Origin: Omnitrophica bacterium GWA2_41_15
Lineage (GTDB): Bacteria; Omnitrophota; Gorgyraeia; Gygaellales; Profunditerraquicolaceae
DNA: 64,000 nucleotides
Assembly (NCBI GenBank): GCA_919901915.1
Contig: CAKKQB010000013.1
Span: forward strand, 64,192 to 128,191
Reading direction: 5' to 3'
The notes under the pieces were generated by a model, which saw only the letters and a program-made list of their open reading frames with translations, was not told the origin of the DNA and ran no database searches. The first letter of the stretch is position 1. Each line of letters opens with the position of its first letter. Shown here one piece after another: positions 37,701 through 44,732 of the stretch. Made by a program: the position numbers and the translations under genes.

Positions 37701-39386
37701 TGGGTCAATTGCCGGATTAGTAACCTGCGCGAATAACTGTTTAAAATAACTATAAAGCAACTGCGGCTTATCAGATAAAACCGCATGCGGGGTATCATTA
37801 CCCATTGAGCCATTCGGTTCATGAGAATCTTCCACCATAGGTTTAATGATAAATTTAAAATCCTCGCGGGTGTAACCGAAAGCTTTGAATAGAGTTAACG
37901 GATCTACTTTATTAGCGGATAGCGGATAGCTTTTATTAGCGTAGAGCGTAGAGCGTAAAGCGTAGAGCGTTTTGCTTTTCCTATCCGCTATACGCTCTAC
38001 GCTATCCGCTGATAATTTATCCAACTCTAACATATTTTTTTTAAGCCATTCTCCATACGGCTTAGAGCTTGCCATTGTTTCTTTTATTTCCTTATCTTCA
38101 ATTATGCGGCCTTCTTCTGTATCAACAAAAAGCATCTTTCCCGGTTCAAGCCTTCCTGAGATAGAAATATCATCCGGCGCGATATCTAAAACCCCTGCCT
38201 CTGAAGCCATAACTACCAAATTCTTTTTGGTCACAATATAGCGGCTAGGCCTTAAACCATTTCTGTCTAAAACCGCGCCAATCCTTACGCCATCAGTAAA
38301 GGCAATGGCTGCCGGTCCATCCCAGGACTCAATAAGACAAGTGTGGTATTTATAAAAATCTCTTACATTTTGACTCAAAAGATTATTCTGCTCCCAAGCG
38401 CTGGGTATTAACATCATCATCGCGTGAGACAAAGATCTACCCGATAAAACTAAAAGTTCAAAAACATTATCAATAGCCGCGGAATCGCTTCCCCCGGGAA
38501 CAATCACCGGAAAAATTTCCTTTAAATCCTTACCAAATAATTTACTTTTTAGTAAACCTTGGCGGGCAGTCATCCAATTTATATTCCCTTTTAAGGTATT
38601 TATCTCTCCATTATGCGCCAAGAACCGAAAAGGCTGCGCCAGATCCCAAGTGGGAAAAGTATTGGTACTATAACGGGAATGCACTAAACAAATCGCGCTT
38701 TGAAGAGCGCTGTCTTTTAAATCCAAAAAGAATTTCTCCAACTGCTCAGGCATAAGCAGGCCTTTATAAGAAAGCGTGCGGCAAGAAAGATTAGTAATAT
38801 AAAAAAATGATTTTTGTTTTAAGAATAAAGAGCGGATTTCGTTTTCTATTTTCTTGCGGATAATATAAAGCCTGCGCTCAAAATCAAGGCCATCCTTACC
38901 TATACTTAGACCTTTACCTTTACCTATAAAAACCTGCTCAATCACCGGTTGAGTAAGCTTTGCGGTTTTGCCAATCGCGGAATTATCAACCGGGACAATC
39001 CGCCAACCAAGCAAGGCCTGGCCCTCTTCTTTAATAATTCTAGCAAAGATACCCTTACATAACGCGCGCTCTTTTTTGTTAGTGGGAAGAAATACCATGC
39101 CTATCCCATAATCGCCAGAGGACGGTAAAATAAAATTTTCCTTCGCGCAGGCTTTTGCCAAAAATTCATGTGGCGCCTGAATAAGTATGCCTGCGCCATC
39201 CCCGGTCTCTGGGTCGGCGCCAGTTGCCCCGCGATGAGAAAGACGGCCTAAAACCTCCATGCCCTGTTTAATAATTTCATAAGATTTTTTGCCTTTGACA
39301 TCGCAAACAAATCCTACGCCGCAGGAATCATGTTCAAAACGGGAATCATACAACCCGTATTTTTCTAATTTCTGACGATTATCCAT
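34743..39386 (-). CDS. gltB: glutamate synthase large subunit
   Basis: 1547 aa. Ntn Cys (DSCGVGF), central domain, FMN domain and GXGXG domain. Contains two repeat-derived inserts. Confidence 0.95.
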   Translation of the reverse strand: MDNRQKLEKYGLYDSRFEHDSCGVGFVCDVKGKKSYEIIKQGMEVLGRLSHRGATGADPETGDGAGILIQAPHEFLAKACAKENFILPSSGDYGIGMVFLPTNKKERALCKGIFARIIKEEGQALLGWRIVPVDNSAIGKTAKLTQPVIEQVFIGKGKGLSIGKDGLDFERRLYIIRKKIENEIRSLFLKQKSFFYITNLSCRTLSYKGLLMPEQLEKFFLDLKDSALQSAICLVHSRYSTNTFPTWDLAQPFRFLAHNGEINTLKGNINWMTARQGLLKSKLFGKDLKEIFPVIVPGGSDSAAIDNVFELLVLSGRSLSHAMMMLIPSAWEQNNLLSQNVRDFYKYHTCLIESWDGPAAIAFTDGVRIGAVLDRNGLRPSRYIVTKKNLVVMASEAGVLDIAPDDISISGRLEPGKMLFVDTEEGRIIEDKEIKETMASSKPYGEWLKKNMLELDKLSADSVERIADRKSKTLYALRSTLYANKSYPLSANKVDPLTLFKAFGYTREDFKFIIKPMVEDSHEPNGSMGNDTPHAVLSDKPQLLYSYFKQLFAQVTNPAIDPIREELVMSLDTYLGPQKNILDEQPRHCHKLLVKNPILTNEDLKKIHDIKKNGFKTKTISLLFNISEKNNFKKALDRICKETEAAIKEGFTFVILSDQGINKDKACLSALLATACVHQDLVRKALRTQVSIIVQSASPREVHHFALLFGYGADCINPYLAYEAAAFLIRDKEVDLDLESAIKHYIKAVDKGILKILSRMGISTLQSYRGAQIFEALGLSSEVIDKYFTGTVSRIGGIDLGIIEKEALLRHKEAFAVDGLQRPFLATGGLYQWKKDGEFHLWNPDSIAALQGAVRNNDSKKYQEFAKLINDQSSNPATLRSLFKFKEVKPIPIEEVEPVSEIVRRFVTGAMSFGSISKACHETIAIAMNRLGGRSNTGEGGEDPARFVAFPNGDSKRSAIKQVASGRFGVITNYLVNADELQIKIAQGAKPGEGGQLPGHKVSAAIAKIRYTTPGVTLISPPPHHDIYSIEDLAQLIFDLKNVNPRARVSVKLVSEIGVGTIATGVAKGHADMILISGGDGGTGASPLSSIKHAGLPWELGIAETHQTLVLNDLRSRVRLQVDGGMRTGRDVAVAALLGAEEFGFCTSVLVVLGCVMLRHCHLNNCSLGVATQDELLEKRFSGKPEYVENYFRFIAQELRQIMSSLGIVKIDDLIGRADLLEVNSKILPWKAKKIDFSRILYQPKGNGRASHSPSRKPEGSGLAPYKQDYGIDNILDRKLIELARGALENRKPIKIELSIRNHNRSVGTMLSGEVCRIFGEDGLPANTIHFKFKGVAGQSFGAWLAKGVTLELEGLTNDYVGKGMSGGKIIIYPDRQSNYKVEENIIIGNTTFYGAILGSAYIRGIAGERFCIRNSGLYAVVEGVGDHACEYMTGGRVVVIGRTGRNFAAGMSGGIAYVWDKDGDFKNKCNMEMVILEAVAEEDARTIEKLLSNHYHYTRSSSAKNILDNFTPELKKFVKVMPIEYKRVLGGRKTEEKIELVEASDG
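35597..35658. repeat. E-type palindromic element inside gltB (in frame, linker between FMN and C-terminal domains)
   Basis: ccaaaccactgccctctggcttgcggctcgggctatgggaagcccgaccattgccctttggc encodes QPKGNGRASHSPSRKPEGSGL. Confidence 0.7.
37911..38010. repeat. A-type heptamer-array hairpin inside gltB (in frame)
   Basis: attagcggatagcggatagc...tagcgtagagcgtagagcgtaaagcgtagagcg-loop-ctatccgctatacgctctacgctatccgct encodes SADSVERIADRKSKTLYALRSTLYANKSYPLSAN. Confidence 0.85.
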
Positions 39387-39389
39387 ATT

Positions 39390-39558
39390 TTTAGCGTATA
39401 GCGTATAGCGTAGAGCGTAGAGCGTATAGCGTATAGCGTAGAACGTAGAGCGTAGAGCGGATAGCGGATAGTAAAAATCTATGTTTTAACTATATGTTAT
39501 CCGCTATTCCTACACGCTTTCTTTCCTATCCGCTAAACGCTATACGCTCTACGCTAAT
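39390..39558. repeat. A-type heptamer-array hairpin, largest copy (left arm about 11 units)
   Basis: tagcgtatagcgtatagcgtagagcgtagagcgtatagcgtatagcgtagaacgtagagcgtagagcggatagcggatag, then a loop, then a degenerate complementary arm. Confidence 0.85.
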
Positions 39559-39589
39559 ATAAAATACCTCATAGACCTACGAGGCATAT

Positions 39590-41785
39590 TTAGTTTATAA
39601 ATAACATCTCCCTATATTTGGGAAGATCCCAGGTATCATCCGGAACAACAGATTCCAATGAGTCCACGTGCCTGCGGATATGCTCCATTAACGGCTTAAG
39701 CTCCTCAAAATAAATCTGCGCGCGTTTTTCGCTGCCTACCTGTTTAGCCCTATCAAGCAGTTTAACCATCGCCAGAGAATTTTTACGCACATAATAAATC
39801 TTTGAAACTACCTCACAAAGATGCTCTTTTTTATCATTTAATACCGCCTCATTTATTTTTAGGCCCGCGCTTTTCTTAAGCTTAACTAATTCATCCAAAG
39901 TAGAAGCCAGTAATTTCTCATACTTATAACCCGCTGGCACCACCGAAGCATTAACCATCTCATTTAAAGTATTAGCTTCGATTTCCAGAATGAGATTATA
40001 CATATGGATCCAAATGTGATACCGCGCAGCCAACTCCTCTTTAGAAAAAACCTTATATTTTTCAAAAAGAGCGACATTTTCTTTTTTATTTAAAGCTTCC
40101 AGCGACTCATAAGTAGCAGCGACATTCGCTAAACCGCGTTTTTTAGCTTCCTTGACCCACTCCTCTGAATAGTTATTTCCTTCAAAACGAATATACTTAG
40201 TTTCTTTAACGATTTTAGAGATCACCTGCAAAACGCCAGCGTTAAAATCCTTTCCCGCGGAAACAGCTCCCTTAATCTGCTCAGCAACATAGTCTAAGCT
40301 TTCAGCAATTATCGTGTTGATTACCGTAATCGACGTAGAGATATTCTGCGATGAACCTACAGCGCGGAATTCGAATTTAGCCCCGGTAAAAGCAAACGGT
40401 GAAGTACGATTCCTATCCGTTGAATCCTTGCTAAACTTAGGCAGACGAGCGATACCAAAATCCATAATATCAGCTTTAGAAACTTTTGACTTAACCCCTT
40501 TTTCAATCATATCCAAAATATTAGTCAATTGCTCGCCCAGAAACACACTAATGATCGCCGGAGGCGCTTCATTTGCCCCTAAACGATGCTCATTGCCGGC
40601 TAATGCCACAGAGGCGCGCAAAAGATCGCCATGCGAATAGACTGCTCTTAAAACCGCGGCTAAAACCGCTAAAAATTGCAGATTATCTTCCGGAGTCTGG
40701 CCGGGATTAAGCAAATTATTACCTTGATCATCCGCTAGCGACCAGTTCAGGTGTTTTCCGCTTCCGTTTATACCGGCAAATGGTTTCTCATGCAAAAGGC
40801 AAACCAGATTATGCTTTAAGGCAACCTTCTTCATCAACTCCATAAGTAATTGGTTATGATCAGCGGCAATATTTGATTCCTCAAACATTGGAGCAAATTC
40901 ATACTGATGCGGAGCAACTTCATTATGACGGGTTATTACCGGTATGCCCAACTTATAAGCCTCTTGAGCCACCTCAAACATAAAATTAACTACGCGCTCT
41001 TTAATCGTTCCGAAATACTGATCTTCTAATTGCTGGCCTTTAGGGCTTGGCGCGCCAATCAAAGTGCGGCCGGTCATAATTAAATCCTGGCGTAAATTAT
41101 AATAGTTTTTATCAATCAAAAAGTATTCCTGCTCCGCCCCGCAAGTTGAAAAAACTTTTTTGATCTGCTGATGGCCAAAAAGCTTAAGCAATTCCAATGC
41201 GGATTTATTTAAAGCTTCATCAGAACGCAGAAGCGGAAGCTTCTTATCCAATGCCTCACCATGATAAGAAATAAATATCGTCGGAATACAGAGAGTCTTA
41301 CCCAGCGCGCTTTCAATAATAAAAGCGGGGCTGGAAGGATCCCATGCGGTGTAACCTCTGGCTTCAAAAGTCGCGCGAATGCCGCCTGAAGGAAAACTCG
41401 ACGCATCAGGCTCGCCTTGAATCAGTTTATTCCCGGAAAATTTCTCAATAACTTTACCCGGGCCAATAATCGAAATAAAACTATCATGTTTTTCCGCGGT
41501 AAGCCCGGTCATCGGCTGAAACCAATGCGTATAATAGGTAGCGCCCAAATCAGTCGCCCAATTTTTTATAGCATCAGCAATCTCATCAGCTTGAACCAAA
41601 CTTATAATCTTACCCGCAGACATCCATGTCTTAAACGCCTCAAAAGTATCCTTAGAAATATGTTTCTGCATAGTTTCAAGGCTAAAAGTATTCTGCCCGA
41701 AATACGTAGAAACTTTATCCGGCGCCTCCACCTTATCTAATTCTAAACTTTTAATCCTAAACAAAACTTTCTGTCTTATACTCAT
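39590..41785 (-). CDS. glnN: glutamine synthetase type III
   Basis: 731 aa. Length and sequence typical of GSIII (GEPDASSFPSGG, NGSGKHLNWS). Confidence 0.9.
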   Translation of the reverse strand: MSIRQKVLFRIKSLELDKVEAPDKVSTYFGQNTFSLETMQKHISKDTFEAFKTWMSAGKIISLVQADEIADAIKNWATDLGATYYTHWFQPMTGLTAEKHDSFISIIGPGKVIEKFSGNKLIQGEPDASSFPSGGIRATFEARGYTAWDPSSPAFIIESALGKTLCIPTIFISYHGEALDKKLPLLRSDEALNKSALELLKLFGHQQIKKVFSTCGAEQEYFLIDKNYYNLRQDLIMTGRTLIGAPSPKGQQLEDQYFGTIKERVVNFMFEVAQEAYKLGIPVITRHNEVAPHQYEFAPMFEESNIAADHNQLLMELMKKVALKHNLVCLLHEKPFAGINGSGKHLNWSLADDQGNNLLNPGQTPEDNLQFLAVLAAVLRAVYSHGDLLRASVALAGNEHRLGANEAPPAIISVFLGEQLTNILDMIEKGVKSKVSKADIMDFGIARLPKFSKDSTDRNRTSPFAFTGAKFEFRAVGSSQNISTSITVINTIIAESLDYVAEQIKGAVSAGKDFNAGVLQVISKIVKETKYIRFEGNNYSEEWVKEAKKRGLANVAATYESLEALNKKENVALFEKYKVFSKEELAARYHIWIHMYNLILEIEANTLNEMVNASVVPAGYKYEKLLASTLDELVKLKKSAGLKINEAVLNDKKEHLCEVVSKIYYVRKNSLAMVKLLDRAKQVGSEKRAQIYFEELKPLMEHIRRHVDSLESVVPDDTWDLPKYREMLFIN

Positions 41786-41803
41786 GTGTTCCTCCTTTTA
41801 ATA

Positions 41804-41840
41804 GTGTATAGCGGATAGTTTTACTTTTTTTTATCCACTA
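41804..41840. repeat. short degenerate A-type hairpin
   Basis: gtgtatagcggatag-ttttactttttt-ttatccacta. Confidence 0.5.
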
Positions 41841-41865
41841 ACCTACCCTTTATAACTAACAATTA

Positions 41866-43023
41866 CTAAGCATCAAGAAATTCTTCAGCATCCGCGTAGG
41901 CCTCTGCTCTTCTGCCAAAAAGCGAAAGTATTAATCCCGAGATATACCCACTAACAAAAGCTAGTACAACAGCAATAACAATACCTGTCCACTGCTTTCT
42001 GCAATCTAATCCGCTTACAACAAACATCGCGGCAATACCGCCCATTAAACCGGGTAGCCCATGTAAACACATAACACCGCAAGTATCTACTTTCTTAATT
42101 TTATTCTGCAACCATGGGAGAATAACAGCAAAACCAAATACCGACAAGGCTCCGGCTAATAATCCGATTACCATTGAACTAACTGGGTTCGCGTAATCAC
42201 AAGTAGAACCAATAGCCACGCCGCCAGCCAATGACGCGTTCGCGATATCACTAATTGAAATCTTGCGCCTCAAAACACAAGAAGTAATATAGGTAGCTAA
42301 CGTCGCGCCGCAAAGAGCAATAACCACATTAATTACCGTTTGTGGCACCTTTGCCGTTGGCACAAGCGCCGCGCAAAAACTTGGCCAAAAAAACCACAAG
42401 ACCATACTCCCCAACATTGAGAATCTGTCGCTTACAACATCCGTTTCTATGGGTGTATCAAATTCTTTTTTTGTGGTCAAATTCATTATCAGGCCAAACC
42501 CAAAAATAGCTCCGAAGGCATGGATTATTATAGAACCTCCAGTATCCGCGAAACCGCCATTAGGCAACAATCCAAAGCCGCCTGAAAGAATTATCCATTC
42601 ATTCAACATATAACAAGGAACAAAAAGCAACCCTAATATAATATATTGAATCATTTTTAATCTGCCTAACACCGCGCCGGCACAGATCAAAAGGCCTGCT
42701 CCCGCGAACTCTGCCAAAATCAAGCCGTCTATACCTGTCTGAACATTTCCAAATAAACCTAAACTATTGAGACAAATATATAACGGTACTGCCACGCTTA
42801 CCAGCAAGAATGTCGCTGTCAACGCGGAGCGCCCATACTTTTTAACAAAAACCATCAAAAAACCAAACCCAACTAAAAGCATTGCCATTATATGTATTGC
42901 CCGATCACATTTTTGAACATCTGTAACTGGGCCTAAAAAATCCTCTGCCGAACTAACACGCAGAAAAATTAACGACGCAGCCAACACCAACAACAATATT
43001 AACATCCAACGATTTTTTTTCAT
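41866..43023 (-). CDS. ammonium channel, Rh-type (Rh50-like) rather than AmtB-type
   Basis: 385 aa, about 11 TM segments. Has LVGFGFLMVFVKKYGRSA and IIHAFGAIFGFG, which resemble Rh-family signatures. Confidence 0.75.
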   Translation of the reverse strand: MKKNRWMLILLLVLAASLIFLRVSSAEDFLGPVTDVQKCDRAIHIMAMLLVGFGFLMVFVKKYGRSALTATFLLVSVAVPLYICLNSLGLFGNVQTGIDGLILAEFAGAGLLICAGAVLGRLKMIQYIILGLLFVPCYMLNEWIILSGGFGLLPNGGFADTGGSIIIHAFGAIFGFGLIMNLTTKKEFDTPIETDVVSDRFSMLGSMVLWFFWPSFCAALVPTAKVPQTVINVVIALCGATLATYITSCVLRRKISISDIANASLAGGVAIGSTCDYANPVSSMVIGLLAGALSVFGFAVILPWLQNKIKKVDTCGVMCLHGLPGLMGGIAAMFVVSGLDCRKQWTGIVIAVVLAFVSGYISGLILSLFGRRAEAYADAEEFLDA

Positions 43024-43083
43024 TTTATCCTTTCTTTGCCTAAAAAAGTAACTTCCCTTAATAAGCTGAAGACGTCCCTGTCC

Positions 43084-43121
43084 TTAAAAACAAGAAGCCC
43101 CAAAACATTTTGGGGCTTCTT
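43084..43121 (-). terminator. intrinsic-terminator-like hairpin + U tract located inside the predicted leader of the Rh-type channel gene
   Basis: Minus strand reads aagaagccccaaaatgttttggggcttctt followed by gttttt. Confidence 0.6.
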
Positions 43122-43147
43122 TGCCTTTGACTTAATTGTCAATTAAG

Positions 43148-43175
43148 ATCATAGCATATTTCATATTCTTGTCAA
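43148..43175 (-). promoter_or_regulatory. sigma70-type promoter (tttttcTTGACA-16-TATGAT) upstream of the Rh-type channel gene
   Basis: Minus strand reads TTGACAagaatatgaaatatgcTATGAT, followed by palindrome cttaattgacaattaag. Confidence 0.5.
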
Positions 43176-43201
43176 GAAAAAAAATGCAAGGGGAGGGGAA
43201 T

Positions 43202-44635
43202 TTAGGTTCTTTCGTCTTTAAGGTAGTTAATTATTGAAAAAGCGGCTTTCTTAGCCATGCCCATTGCCTCAATAACCGTGCCTTCTCCACCCACGATATC
43301 TCCGCCGGCAAAAACGCCTTTAATAGATGTCTCCATAGTTTGGGGGTTTACGATAACATCTTTGTATTTATCGGTTTTTAACTCCGATGTAACATTAGTT
43401 AAAACCTGATTTGCCTGCAAACCCACGGCAATAATCGCTATATCGCAATCTATTCCAAAATCGCTTCCCTCTACAGCAACCGGCCTTCTTCTCCCGGATT
43501 CATCCGGCTCTCCCAAGCGGCACCTAAGACACCTTAACTTTTGCACCTTTCCTTCCTCATCGCCGATAAACTCTACTGGCTGAACCAAAAATTCAATTTT
43601 TATTCCCTCTTCCTTAGCATGTTCGATTTCCAATCTTCTTGCCGGCATCTCAACTTCAGTCCTACGATAAAGAATTGTGGTGTTAGGGCTAAACCCATTT
43701 ATTATTTGCAATCTTAACGCGGCTCGAGCAGCATCCAAAGCTGTATTGCCTCCGCCAACAACTAAGACCTGCTTACCTATATTAATAGGGGTGTGAAACT
43801 GAGGAAACTTGTCAGCTAACATCAAATTAACCCGAGTTAAGAATTCATTGGCTGAATAAACATTGCCTAAATTCTCGCCTTTTATTTCTAAAAATGACGG
43901 CACACCCGCGCCCAACCCCAGAAATATAGCAGAATATCCTTCGCTAAAAAGCTCATCTAACGCCTTAACTTTTCCCACAATAAAATTAGGGATGAGTTGA
44001 ACCCCCAATTTCTTTAACTCATTTATTTCATAATCAAGAACATCGCGCGGCATCCTAAAAGGGGGTATCCCATACCTTAAAACTCCGCCCGGTTTATGCA
44101 AACTCTCAAAGATATCCACCTTTACTCCCTGCCTTGCCAATTCACCGGCGCAAGCCAAACCAGCCGGACCAGAACCCACAACCGCGACTTTAAACCCAAA
44201 CTTAACAAATTTCTGATCCTTGCCTGCTGGCGCCTCCAAATTATTCTTTACCCCATAATCACCGACAAATCTTTCCAAAAAATGAATATTGATTGCCTGC
44301 TCTGAAGCAAAAGAGGCGGTCTTTTTTGTCAAAACACAAGCCCTGCGGCACTGATATTCCGCGGGACAAACCCTTCCGCAAATAGAGGGAAAATCATTCT
44401 TTTCCCGAAGAATAAAATAAGCCGCCCTATAATCTTTTTTGGTAATCCAAGAGATAAACTCCTTTATATTTATTCCTACGGGACAACCGAATTGACAAAT
44501 AGGGTTCGGACACTGCAGACAGCGGTTAGCCTCAATAAGCGCCTCTTCTTCTGTGTATCCTAAAACTACCTCATCAAAATTCTTTATTCTTTCTGAAGGA
44601 TTTAATTCTCTTACTTTTACTGCTTCTTTTTTCAT
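43202..44635 (-). CDS. nfnB: NfnB/SudA-like NADPH-dependent glutamate-synthase-beta-type oxidoreductase
   Basis: 477 aa. Two Fe-S Cys clusters, GSGPAGL and GGGNTA folds. Paired with the NfnA-like gene. Confidence 0.75.
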   Translation of the reverse strand: MKKEAVKVRELNPSERIKNFDEVVLGYTEEEALIEANRCLQCPNPICQFGCPVGINIKEFISWITKKDYRAAYFILREKNDFPSICGRVCPAEYQCRRACVLTKKTASFASEQAINIHFLERFVGDYGVKNNLEAPAGKDQKFVKFGFKVAVVGSGPAGLACAGELARQGVKVDIFESLHKPGGVLRYGIPPFRMPRDVLDYEINELKKLGVQLIPNFIVGKVKALDELFSEGYSAIFLGLGAGVPSFLEIKGENLGNVYSANEFLTRVNLMLADKFPQFHTPINIGKQVLVVGGGNTALDAARAALRLQIINGFSPNTTILYRRTEVEMPARRLEIEHAKEEGIKIEFLVQPVEFIGDEEGKVQKLRCLRCRLGEPDESGRRRPVAVEGSDFGIDCDIAIIAVGLQANQVLTNVTSELKTDKYKDVIVNPQTMETSIKGVFAGGDIVGGEGTVIEAMGMAKKAAFSIINYLKDERT

Positions 44636-44659
44636 CCTCTTATTTTTAATGTTTTAGTA

Positions 44660-44732
44660 TTTAGCGGATAGCGTATAGCGTATATATAGGTTTTACTATC
44701 CGCTATACGCTCTACGCTATACGCTATACGCT
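44660..44732. repeat. A-type heptamer-array hairpin
   Basis: tttagcggatagcgtatagcgtata-loop-tatccgctatacgctctacgctatacgctatacgct. The right arm contains the nfnA stop. Confidence 0.85.

Noticed and set aside
39390-39558. Heptamer arrays as a CRISPR array or as simple intrinsic terminators.
   Set aside because: The units are 7 nt and contiguous, with no 25-40 nt repeats or unique spacers, and no cas genes are present. On the coding strand the hairpins are not followed by U tracts, unlike the true terminators at 29119-29156 and 43084-43121.
43024-43147. Canonical ANTAR target (two tandem hexaloop hairpins with A1/G4) or a glutamine riboswitch in the ammonium-channel leader.
   Set aside because: I could not fold either motif from the sequence. 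The claim is therefore limited to the promoter-terminator-gene arrangement.
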